Source of the DNA: Lingula anatina
Taxonomy: Eukaryota > Animalia > Brachiopoda
Length of the DNA stretch: 64,000 bases
Direction of reading: 5' to 3'
Assembly: GCA_051362555.1 (NCBI GenBank)
Contig: CM120641.1
Span: forward strand, 62,001-126,000
Each line of letters opens with the position of its first letter. Positions within the stretch are counted from its first letter, which is position 1. The notes below the pieces were generated by a model. That model was not told the DNA's origin and did not search any database. It worked only from the letters and a program-made list of their open reading frames with translations. A program made the translations under genes and the position numbers. Below, piece by piece: positions 44,011 to 55,415 of the stretch.

Positions 44011-44465
44011 TCACACTAAATAGTCGCAGTAATCGTAGGTGAGCTTTGGTTTGAGCATGTCATTCCCCACCCGCAGTTTATCAAATCTCTCCACCTCTTT
44101 ATAGAATGGGATAAGCTGCTTGTCCATAAACTCCGGATATTCCTCAGGGGTTGGACGTTCTTCAGTGGGTGGATGCAACTCCAGATTCACATCTTGAACG
44201 AGGTCAAACCGTTTAATCTTGGCTAGAGTATCAAGAAGGTCCTGGGCACGTGCTCTCGTGTGATGACGTCGCCAGCGCTGGAGACTGCGTAGTGCGCGAT
44301 CTTCCGTGAGATCTCGAGGAACACCGTGAGACAAGTCATGGATGTCTGCTTCTATCTGTGCGTTTCCCCTGGGCGGGATGAAAGGGAGGTTCCTGTATAA
44401 GGTCATCCAGTCGTTACCAATATGGTTGGCCACGACGTGAAAAGCTCTGTCGAGGGGGCCTACAT
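44011..44465 (-). CDS. Coiled-coil/death-domain protein, terminal coding exon (death domain)
   Basis: ttccttgcag|AT joins in frame (604 aa total); AFHVVANHIGNDWMTLYRNL...ALRSLQRWRR...LLDTLAKIKRFDLV fits the death-domain pattern (recognised by eye). Confidence 0.82.
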
Positions 44466-44833
44466 CTGCAAGGAAAGAAAACGTAAACGTGTCGTCACAA
44501 TTAAGGTAATGGGTAATCAAAAGTAAAATTAATTTTTGTTTGACTACAATCAAAGATCAATACTTTTTCATTGAAAAAAACAATAATGATGATGATTTCT
44601 TTTCAATAAACTCATCAGGTTAAATACTGTAAGCTGATAGAGCAATAGACCGTTAAACTTTCCTTTTCCATCCACTCCAATTTACCTGGACGTTCTTTTT
44701 CTCTCTTTTTTTTTTTTTTTTTTTCGCGTGTAACAGCTAACAGCAACTTCTAATTTCGCTCGATTTTTACAATCTTTATCATGTAAGAATTGCAGAAACA
44801 TGTTTTTTTTTTAATATAGTACATCAAAATCAC

Positions 44834-46193
44834 CTTCTTTGTCCATCTTTGACCGCCCCCCTCTTCTGTCCAAGTCATAGAATATCCTCTGTAGGACACT
44901 GACACTGGTCTTTTGGATAACAATTTGTTTGATCATAGCAATAGTCCTCGTCACATTGTTACAACTACTCTGAAGTTTTGTTTTTTCCTTCTCAGCAGCT
45001 GCAGTCTCTGCGGCAAGTTCATTTATTCCGCCATTAGCGTTCTGTAAGGCTTCTCGTCTCTCGTTGATCCACTTTAATTTACTGTGAACGTGGTCCAGTC
45101 TCTTTTTCATGGCGGGCAACGTCTCGTAAATGTCTCTGAGTTCGAGGTTGAGCTGGTCCCACGTTTCATTGAGCACCTCTGTGTTCATACCGGCCGCGTT
45201 CCTCCGGAGCTCGTCGCGTCTGAATTCTTTAATATCGAGCTCCAGCTGCATCTCGTTGGTGTCGTTGCCCAGATATTCCTCCTCAACTAACAGAGCATCC
45301 TCCTTGGCTTTAAGAGATTCTAGTTCGTTTTCCAGAGCCCTTGACTGATTTTCCTTTTGATGAACTTTGTACGAGGCTTGATAGCTCTTTTCTTGAGCTT
45401 GCTTTAAGAGTTTCGTCAGAGAGGCAAGTTTGCGTTCAGAATCCGCCAAATCGTTCTTAAGGTAACCGACGAAATTCTCGTCCGCTTTGATCCACGAATT
45501 GACTGTGCTGCATGCGACTCGTACGTTCTCGCAAGCGTCAGGAAAGAGAAGAAGAAAAGGCAAGTGTGAGCATTCATAACGAGCACCTAATTCTTTGGCA
45601 TATGTCCCCATCAGCCCGGGTGTCACCCCATACGCACTTTTGTAACTTTCAGAGGCGCTGACAATGTTATTCAAGCATTTCTTGATAGTTTTCGACCACT
45701 CACCGCGCATGCGCGTGTAGTCTGTGGCCGTCCCCAAATAGGGGTCTGTTTCAGGATCATAGAAACTGAGACAATATTTCTCTAAATATCCCAGAATTTT
45801 AACCACCTCGTCCGTCAAAGGTTTGAATTTTCCAGGCATGTATTCCAACACTTTCAAGTGACATTCTTGCATCTTAGAGAGACAAAACCTATCCACTTTA
45901 AAAACACTGCGAGGATTTGCTCCTCGCTTAAGAACATCTTGAATTAACAAAGCAGATCGTAGTTCAGGCAAATCAAAAGTGCTAAGAACGCTGTTCAATG
46001 GTTTTAACCACTTTCTTATCTCGTTGCCTGGGTTCTTTCCAAATCCATAGTAAGCCTTCTCTAATGTCGCCAAATTCTCTATCACTACTTTCGTGTGCTG
46101 TGTTAAGATCTTCCGTAGCGTTGCCAGGGATTTGGGAGGTCCTTTTTCTAGCTGACCGATGTCGCTTCGACTTTTTCGAGAGAAGAACGGCAT
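44834..46193 (-). CDS. Coiled-coil/death-domain protein, coding exon 1 (helical N-terminus plus long coiled coil)
   Basis: 1360-nt open frame from ATG 46193 (MPFFSRK...); E/K/L-rich heptads in the second half; phase-1 donor G|gtgatt; a good acceptor ttctttatag| starts the exon at 46449 (5'UTR part). Confidence 0.85.
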
Positions 46194-49100
46194 AGTTTCC
46201 TTCAAGTCTCTGCTGTGCGAGTGCTATTTCTGGGCGCTTACCGTCGACATGCTACTTCTCTGGTGTAAATCTTCGCATGCTACTTGAAGGAAACTAGATC
46301 TCCTTGCCTTTTTGACAACGACGTAAAGGCCACGAAATCCTTCTCTTCTACTTGAGTCTCACGAAAGTCAAAAGGAATTTTTGTAACCTTTTTTAATTGA
46401 TCCTCGTAAGTTTGTATATTTCACTTCACCTCTTCATTCTGCTCACAACCTATAAAGAAATACAAGAAAACGCAGCGTAAACAGGAGCGCCATCGCAAGG
46501 GAGAATTGTTGTTAAGGTACAGGTGACAAAAAGTCTCCAAATTCATTACAAATCTTGTGTTACTTTGTCGGTCTTAAAATAACAATTGTTGTAAATGGTT
46601 AAGAAGTTGGTGTACCGTAAATATTTACAATAATAATAGAAATGCTCCCAATCCGTGGCGCTTCCATTGATGTTACCTGGTGCGGTAAATACACCTATTC
46701 ATGGTCACATAGAGCCCCCCACTCCCGCCTGCATACAGCTCTACTATGTAAGTGACGTATTCTGGATAGGCGGAGTAAGAAACATTTAGATCAAAACTAT
46801 ACTCGATTACTCTATTGAAAATGTTCATTACGTCCATATTACATGAATTCAGTATAGATTGCATAACAAAGTTATCATAATTTCTGAGCCAGATTATATC
46901 TCTATTTCAAGGTTATAGTATTGAATGGGTCATTTAACACCTCGGACAATGGCTATTTATGAAGTTCACCTCTTATTAGCACACTTAATCATTTCATACT
47001 GTACATATCACGACATATATGGCGTGTAGCCAGCTGTGGTCAACCACAAACTCTGGTCTAAGACTCCCGCCAGTCAATTGACATTTAGACGTTAAACGGT
47101 GGGCGGCTACGGATAATTTCATCTGAAACTTTCTTAATTTTGTAATTTTTTCAAGAGTGAATATATTCAATTATTATGATTATTATTATTATTATGTTAT
47201 GGTTGATCATTTCCTACACTTCGGTTTTATATTTTATTTGACATTATTGCCATCGATCTTGATCAGCACAGATCTGCCAGTGATCACGTGCGAGAGAGCA
47301 CGCATGCCCGTAAAACATTTTGATAGTTTAAATTTAGTAGCCCAAGTTTGTCTTTAGCAAAGTAAATCTCATGAAACCATATCCCATGTTTCCATCCTTT
47401 GTAATGGCCATGTTTCCATTGTCAAGATACACCTCTGATATGAATTTAATGCAATTGTAATGAAGACAAGCGGGGTCTAGTTTCAGGTAATAGTTGTATT
47501 TATCGTTCTTATGGTATTGACCAGTATGGAAAGGACCCTTGTTGTTGCTTGATATGAAACCATGGATCTGACTTTGAAGTTAAGTTGAAAGATTGACTAC
47601 ATATATCTGGTATCGGTGTTTTCTAAATATAATGTCCACTGGTCCGAAATGAAACCTGAACCCGGGGTATGGGACCATTGACAAAGCCGCCTCTCCTTTA
47701 TTGGGAGAGGTATATCAAGCGTAAAAAGTCAACTTTGAAATTTACCACATTATTTGAAAACAGGATCAAGTTGGTCAGTAGGTTGAAAATAGAATAGCAG
47801 TAAAACAAATATACATTGACCGTTGCAATAAAGTCACTCAGACTAGAAGTTGGTATCTAACCAATATACATCGATAGCACAAAAAACTGACCCCGTGTCT
47901 ACAATATTGTCTACAATGTCTACAAAACTGGTGGTGTGGTTGATAGAGAGTTGCAGGTGAATCTGTAGGCTACTTCTGTGCTTATATTGGTCACATATTT
48001 CTCACCAGACGCACTGCATTTTTTTTTATTCAGAAAAAAAAACATCCTTTACTTTTATCCAGTACTTTACATTGGAAACAGCAAACTTTCAATTAAACAA
48101 TTATTTAAATAAAGATCCCTGTAGTAAATTCTTATTCTGCAAAACATGCATCAAAAAACAATAAAAACGGAACTTAAACGACTTCTAACTGTCAGTTGTA
48201 CATTGTACATGTACCATATTCTCGCTTCTAATTTACGGGCACTGCAATAGTTAATGTTATATTGAATAACTAGAGGACTTGACAATACAGTTCGTGATTT
48301 ACCTCTTGCTTCTGTTCCCCTTTTACGAATATTGGAAAACAACTAGAGTGGAACGCTCTTATGTGATCTAAAGAAGTGTTTAAATGGCTATCAAAGGCAG
48401 GTAAATTACTCGTGACAACAAAATTCCAATAGCCAATCCACAGACTAATAGGATCCAATTGATCAATCTTACACACTCTGGCACAATTGATTTGCCACCT
48501 GATCCTTTGTTTGCAAAATGTCAAAAAAAAATTGATCTCAGCAACCGATGTTAGATGCGGGCAGACGAACATGTTTAGGGGGGGGGCTCGTGTTCGAGAA
48601 CAGCTGTAATATCCAAGAAGAAGCTTTCCCTTGATGAAGAATAGTCTCGTTCTTTGTCTCTCCGTAACCAAATATCCTAAAATATTTAAACTGCTATAGT
48701 GATGCTATTAACCTACCTCGTACCCTCTTTAGCGACATCTACATACTCCTTGAACGGTAGATTGAATAAACAAGAACATGAGAATACCAAAAAAAATTAT
48801 CGGTTTTGGCTGAAATTTAAAGCACGACAGAACAGCCTGAGGAAGGTAAGTGTGCAAATACCATCGACAGAAACCAAAACAAGCAGGAAAATGTTGCTAT
48901 GGGCGAGTGACGATTTATTACGTTCTTACAGTTTGCCACGGCGTTAAGTACTCGCACGTGTGGACAGCTAAAGTGATTACAGCAACTGAGACATGAGACG
49001 ATAAAAAACCGAAACCAAATTAAATGAAACAACAGAATGGAAAGCCCATTACAAATTTAATGTTGCACTTAATCAGTGTCGCTTTTTAAAGCATTTTTTC

Positions 49101-49499
49101 TTTTTCAAGAGGCATCTTTAAATTCAGAATTTATGACGCAAAATAATATATAATAATTATATAAAAAATCCACTTTTCAAATACTGTCGCTGTGAAGATA
49201 TATCTCCAACAAATAAAATGGACATTTCAAAGGTGTCACTTAAACAAACGACGTGTATTTCTACCATTGAAAATACTTCAAATTATAAATATTCTATTTC
49301 AATCAAAATTCAATTTCCTCTTCAAGCGCTTATATCATTTTGTCCTTTTTTTCCCGACCATATAGATGTTTTAGTCAGTTATAGAAAAACTTTGAGATAT
49401 TCAGTCCCCATTATTTAGTCCTCAAAATCCAATCCTCAGTATTCTGCCCTTAATATTTGCAGTTTACAACTTCACATTTTAACCCTGTTTGTTGAGCGT

Positions 49500-49680
49500 C
49501 AGACCACCCTCCCATCTCTGCCGCCAGCACTCTATGTTTGTAGTGTAAGGCTCCCCTTTTATTTGCCAGTTGCTTGCTATCAATTTTTCTTTCCCAACTT
49601 CCAGCCATTTTTTTGACGCTACCCTTTCTTTTTTGTTCTTTAATTTTTCCAGTCAATTAAACGTCGGATCATAATGCTCT
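49500..49680 (-). mobile_element. Possible RTE-type LINE 3' remnant
   Basis: LTGKIKEQKRKGSVKK.W loosely resembles the RTE C-terminal G.I.GKR.RGRP...W motif. Confidence 0.3.
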
Positions 49681-49846
49681 ATGTACGTCTGTCTTTCATT
49701 TTTTGCGGAATAAATCACTTATTATACATACATAGAATGAGCTAAGTTTACGGTTACTCAACAGTAGAACTAACGCGCTGTACAAAATTTAATAAAAAAA
49801 TAAGAAACTCCAGCGTCACTTTAACAGTGTATTACTTTCAACCTAC

Positions 49847-49900
49847 CTTGTCCTCTCCCCTGTAGCGTCTGTCACACTGGTATTTCTAATAACATTATCA
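49847..49900 (-). other. Possible non-coding upstream exon (5' boundary unknown)
   Basis: Strong donor CAAG|gtaggt at 49847; the acceptor at 46449 needs an upstream exon. Motif-only evidence. Confidence 0.3.
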
Positions 49901-52047
49901 GTTGGTTTCAGATACCTAGCGGACATAGTGTATGTATTCTGTTTTACGTCAAAAATGATCGATTCTACAACATCGGGTGACTTAATTCAATAATTGACAG
50001 TGTCACCGTGTCACCGTACTGTTGACACTCACGACACCTTTGATACAGTCAGCTGTGAGACCGTGTTGATTTAGCCTCCCTGTCCAACGCTGCCCTTATA
50101 ATAGTCTAGAGAATGTGGTTCGGACACACGGGTGGCGGTCAGCTGTCGTGTTAGCCCTAAGATTGCTATAGTTTACCGGGATCAATACCGTATAACACAT
50201 ACCACAACGCCAGATAAACCGCTGAAAGAGCGTCATATCTGAACTTTCGATTACCTAAGCAAACCGGGTGAATTAGAAGGTTAATAAAACGCGTTATCGG
50301 AATTAATTCATTTATTGGGAAAACAAAAAGGAACCATTCATCATTCTTGACTGAAATTGTAATGATTTAGGCACATTTGGCATCTTGGGTTGCTCTAGCA
50401 ACAAGTACTGAGGAAGATTTATACACAAAAGTAGAATATTAATGTGTTATTTGAAAGGGTTAAGGCAACAAAACTGAACTATCCAACACATTTATTGCAA
50501 CACAGCTGTGGAACGTCTCCAATTAAGATGAGGCTTGTTCATAAATATTAGCGTTCAAAGAATCTATCTCTATACTTTTGGTACAAGAAAGATACCTTTT
50601 TCGTTAGATCGAAATCGATAAATGGAAAATACGATATAGTTTTTTAAATGTGCAGAAAGTTATAACCTTACATGAATCAATTTTCATAAGTCAATAAGTC
50701 GGTTTTTCTGCCGTTTCTGTGATTTCCAATTAAGCACTTGAATCTGTATTTCTCAAAGACTATAAAACATATGTCAATGTCCCACTGAGGTTGACAAGCA
50801 ACACCATGAGAAGAAATGCTATGGCATTAAAAAGGGATATCTTATATAAAATGAAAAAAACATCGGTGAGTTCTATTTACATTTCCTTCACTCGTTATGC
50901 TGTATGTGCATCAACTGCTTCAGCAGACGTCTCTATAGCTCAATAAACATCCAGCAATCATATGAGATAAGCTAACTTATGAAATAGCAAGAGTTACGAT
51001 CCAAATATAATTTATCTGATAATTAAAAAGATTAAACCATTATATATTTATCAATAATTCCGTGTACGTAAATCATTCCTGATTCCATACTTACGAGCCG
51101 AATTACTAATCTTCACCTTGTCATCTTACGCTATCCCCCATATGTTAGAATATCCATTATCTTCTGCCCACAGATCCAATTTAATTCATATGTATTTTCT
51201 CCTCGTAGCTGCCGGCTGACACTGGGTTGCCAACAACATATTCCACGCGGTGATAAATTAGAGCATGACATCAGTAAATAGGACGACAACATCACACTAT
51301 CTTACAGTCAAGGCGACAGCGTATAAGATTAGAAGTTGAAAAGTGGGCAAACGTTTCTTTAAAAAGGTTTCGATAAGAGTTTACCTTAGAGTTAAGTGGA
51401 TTGCGTCAAAAGGTCGTCCAGATTAGACAGTCGTTATTGACTTAAGGCGCCAGAGGTCGCCACGAGCCAAGACGCGGTTGTCATTTACTATACAGGCTAT
51501 CAAATCATTAGTTGAAACGTCTTCTCTGATGGATAATTAATACTGGCACATTTATAATAGATATAAATAAATACTGTCAGGTGTTTCTTGTCTAATGCAA
51601 TGCAATCAATGGAATCTGATAACAAAAATAAGATATTTTGTTTTAGCAGGGCATCTCTATCAAGTTATAGATCGTGTGGAGGAATCGTGTATAAGATACA
51701 TATTGGCTTGAGATTAATCATATTTCTGGGTACTTACAGAATTTATCAACATGATATTGTTATCTTTAGTTTTTTATAACTGAAAAAAGCATAAAATATG
51801 CATGTACAGGAGACCCAAGTTGTTAGACAAAAATAAACGGATGCTCTGATAATACTGGTAACTTTTATTTTAGGGTATATGACGACAGGAAGCTAATGGA
51901 GTAATGACATTGTGTAAAAGTCGCCAATTAACTGTGACTCTGGGTTTTTTACCCGTCCATTGTGTTCCCCCACCCACCAAAAGCCTCAATGCGGTGACTC
52001 CTGTACAGCATGGATCAGTGACAATGAGTAACAAGCCGATGACTTAC

Positions 52048-52200
52048 CTTTCGCTGATAATTTCGGCTGCAAAGCCGGGCTTTCCCTCTGCAGACGTACC
52101 AACTTTCTGCTCGTTTTAGTTGAACCATTAACTTTCTCTGTGTTCCAATGTTCCCTGTGTAAGTGTGCTTAATATTCATTAACCTCCCAGGGTGCAGCCA
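52048..52200 (-). other. Possible upstream exon (5' boundary unknown)
   Basis: Consensus donor AAG|gtaagt at 52048 preceded by GC-richer sequence. Motif-only evidence. Confidence 0.3.
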
Positions 52201-52974
52201 TTACCTTGATTTACTATTAATACGTCGTTTGCAGTATTATGTTTTCGAGTCATTTTTCTCGTTGTGACTGAACCCTAGCCAAAGTTGGCCTAAAATGTGG
52301 TGTACTTCTTACATCGCCTCAGCAAGGACACAGAGCAGAGAGTTGAAATGGTTTCCATGTGACTTTGAACAATCTGGTAATATTTAGGCACGATATACCT
52401 TTTTAACACGTTACTTCAGGTTAGACGTTTTGAATGCATGCCCCCTAGCGTGACTCTTTGGTTTTTTTCACACACAATAATGCTACTTCACAAACAGTCA
52501 CATTACAGGCGCCAGTAGCGTGCTTCACGCACAAAAAATAAAGACCGAAATTTGGTATTAGCTTTAAAACGTGCAAAACATGGCTTAGTTTAATTCTTAG
52601 CCCAATACGTGTAACCAAAACTAATATTTGAGTAAAACATTAGATTGGTCTTTTTATACGACAAGCACACTATTTTATTTTAATTGACGGCTTTTGATTA
52701 TCTCAGGTAAATGTAGGTGTTTAAAACAATATCAGCTTTCGGAGTTTTAACTCTAGGATATTACAAATATGTCTAAAACTCGATTTTTAGTTTTTTATAC
52801 GTTAGAAATAAACAATATTGTATCTAATACTCAATTAAGTTATATTTGTGAAACACGGACTAAAAATATACATTTGGAAGAGTTTTTCTACCTGTCCTGA
52901 CTGGTACGGGTGGCAGGCTTTAGGCCGCCGCCTCCGTTGTCAAGCACCGTTACTATGGGGGCGGGGCAAGAATG

Positions 52975-53358
52975 GTTGTCTGCATTTGTACTATAATTAA
53001 GTGTCTCTGCTAATTTAACTCCAAGACATTTATAAGACTTTTCATAATCAAGTGGCACTCCACCGCAATTAAACTGAAAGTTACTCCTTTCAACACCTGG
53101 TTTTCTAAAATGTACGATTTTTGTTTTCTTTTGGTTAACAAATAAACTCCATTTATAAGACCACTCACTTAGCTTATCAAGCATAGCTTGCAAGTTTTCC
53201 TCAGTAGGAGCAATAAATACCACATAATCTGCATATAATAATATATCTATAAAGTTTTTTCCTACTTCAACACCTTTCGAGATCCGTTTTATCTCTTGCG
53301 CTAAGTCATTAATGTATAAGGCAAATAGGGTTGGTGATAGATTATCACCTTGTCGTAT
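52975..53358 (-). mobile_element. Non-LTR retrotransposon reverse-transcriptase fragment
   Basis: IRQGDNLSPTLFALYINDL...LLYADY...VNQKKTK...YKCLGV are LINE RT motifs; catalytic YADD reads YADY; truncated at both ends. Confidence 0.92.
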
Positions 53359-53459
53359 AAAATGGACAAAGCAAGCCATATTTCCACATTGTGAACAGGA
53401 GTACAGATAAATCCGGACGAAGAGAACAACCAATAATACAGGCAGCTCTATTTAATAAG
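53356..53459 (+). promoter_or_regulatory. STING copy 1 core promoter and non-coding exon 1 (about 53386-53459)
   Basis: TATAAAA 53356-53362; Inr-consensus CCACATT with its A at 53386, 30 nt after the first T; donor AAG|gtaaga at 53459; no in-frame ATG. Confidence 0.65.
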
Positions 53460-53894
53460 GTAAGAACTTGTATTCAGGTACAGTGCCTTCCAAAAAATAA
53501 CAGTTGTAATAGGGGCTTGATATTTTACATTCATTTTGATCTGGATAATGAGACTGACTTTCATGTCCCTACACTGTATACATCTAAGGAGCAACATAAC
53601 ATGTAATACATAGCCTAAGGTGAGGGTATTGTTCGAACAAATCTTTTAACTTGATAGTTTATCCTGTTTTCTTAAAGTCACCCCTTTTCAATTCCATTTT
53701 TTTATAAGCCGTCAATCATATTTTATTATTATTATTCTTATCATTATTATTATTATTATTTCTCGTGAAATGTGTCAGCGCTAAGCTGCCTTTTTTCAAT
53801 GTTTAAATTAATTTATTTCGATGGTTTATTTGTTTTTGTCCTCATATTTGAATGATTTAGAATAACTCACGATATCTATTAATTTCAGTTCACG

Positions 53895-53985
53895 ATGACC
53901 GCAGCAGCCTCCGAGATAAAGAACAGTATGGGCTACGGCCTGGCCTGGTCTTATTACTACGGCTATCTGAAACTGATTTTACCCG
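53895..53985 (+). CDS. STING1: STING-like copy 1, coding exon 1 (dimerisation helix)
   Basis: Acceptor aatttcag| (exon starts 53889); MTAAASEIKNSMGYGLAWSYYYGYLKLILP contains the STING GLAWSYYxGYLxLILP signature; phase-1 donor G|gtaagt. Confidence 0.93.
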
Positions 53986-54485
53986 GTAAGTGGTCTTATT
54001 ACTACGGCTATCTGAAACTGATTTTACCCGGTAAGTGGTCTTATTACTACGGCTATCTAAAACTGATTTTACCCGGTAAGTGGTCTTATTACTACGGCTA
54101 TCTGAAACTGATTTAACCCGGTAAGTGGTCTTATTACTACGGCTATCTGAAACTGATTTTACCCGGTAAGTGGTCTTATTACTACGGCTATCTAAAACTG
54201 ATTTTACCCGGTAAGTGGTCTTATTACTACGGCTATCTGAAACTGATTTTACCCGGTAAGTGGTCTTATTACTACGGCTATCTAAAACTGATTTTACCCG
54301 GTAAGTGGTCTTATTACTACGGCTATCTGAAACTGATTTTACCCGGTAAGTGGTCTTATTACTACGGCTATCTAAAACTGATTTTACCCGGTAAGTGGTC
54401 TTATTACTACGGCTATCTGAAACTGATTTTACCCGGTAAGTGGTCTTATTACTACGGCTATCTGAAACTAATTTTCCCCGGTAAG
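53946..54485 (+). repeat. 45-bp tandem array (12 units) of STING exon end plus splice donor
   Basis: Unit tggtcttattactacggctatctgaaactgattttacccg|gtaag = WSYYYGYLKLILPGK; unit 4 has TAA at 54114-54116. Confidence 0.98.
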
Positions 54486-54722
54486 TGGTCCGGTAAGTGG
54501 TAACAGAGAAATATTATGATTGAAGTACAAATCGTCGAAATAAATAGGTACTATTCAGGACTAGAAACAGTTAACGACACAAATATTTAAATTATTACCA
54601 CTTTACAGGTAAGATGTGGACAGTTCCAAGAAGTCAATTTGAACAAAATTGATTTTTTAATCAGTAACTGGATATCAGATTTCTTTAAAAAATAACAAAA
54701 ATATTCTTTCACCCGTCCTCAG

Positions 54723-54955
54723 GTCTAGCTGACAGAGTAAAGACGTCAACTTTTTGGGACGCTAGCAACCAACGCATCGCCCCCAAACTGTTCATCCTGC
54801 TGCCCACCTCGTGTTTTGCGCACCCCACCCTTACAGACGGGGACTCCGCTGTCCAACCTGGGGCGCACCTCGCCGAGTTCAAGGCCAACCGGTCAGGAAA
54901 TCCGCACAGAGTGTACAGAAATTTTGTCTATAAAGTGACCTCGGAAGATGGGCAG
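54723..54955 (+). CDS. STING1: STING-like copy 1, coding exon 2 (lid region)
   Basis: gtcctcag|GT...CAG|gtatgt; 233 nt; KLFILLPTSC...NRSGNPHRVYRNFVYKV aligns with human RLYILLPLDC...DRAGIKDRVYSNSIY. Confidence 0.93.
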
Positions 54956-54994
54956 GTATGTGATCATGTCTCTCTCTCTCTATCCCTCTCTCTT

Positions 54995-55026
<32 letters not shown>

Positions 55027-55174
55027 TGTCTCTCTCTCTCTCACACACACACATACACACACACACACACTGTCTTTCTCTCTCTCTCTCACTTCAAGGC
55101 TTGTTAAATTTACTGAAATGGAAATGAGTAGTTGTCATGAATTAAACCATTCCCTTTATCTGGTCTGCTCGTAG

Positions 55175-55367
55175 GATTACTACTGTGTGGCGGAATATGC
55201 CACACCCCTTCTCACGCTGTTTGAGATGGAAGAAGACACACTGGCTGACCTGTCAAAGGAGGAAAAACTGAAACAACGGGCAATTTTCAAGTCCACCTTG
55301 TTGGATATTTTAACCAGATCTGGGGTCAAGGAATGTCAGGACGCATGCGTACTTCTTGATGTGGATG
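55175..55367 (+). CDS. STING1: STING-like copy 1, coding exon 3
   Basis: gctcgtag|GAT...G|gtaaga; 193 nt; CVAEYATPLLTLFEM...LSKEEKLKQRAIFKSTLLDIL contains the STING EYATP motif. Confidence 0.94.
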
Positions 55368-55415
55368 GTAAGAATAAAAAACACTTTCGTTATATATTTG
55401 TCCAGTTTGTAATTA

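Noticed and set aside
52888-53433. RT as an active element or an RT-STING (retron/CBASS-like) system
   Set aside because: Short antisense LINE fragment with a mutated YADD; the STING is spliced and animal-type; no cyclase in the window.
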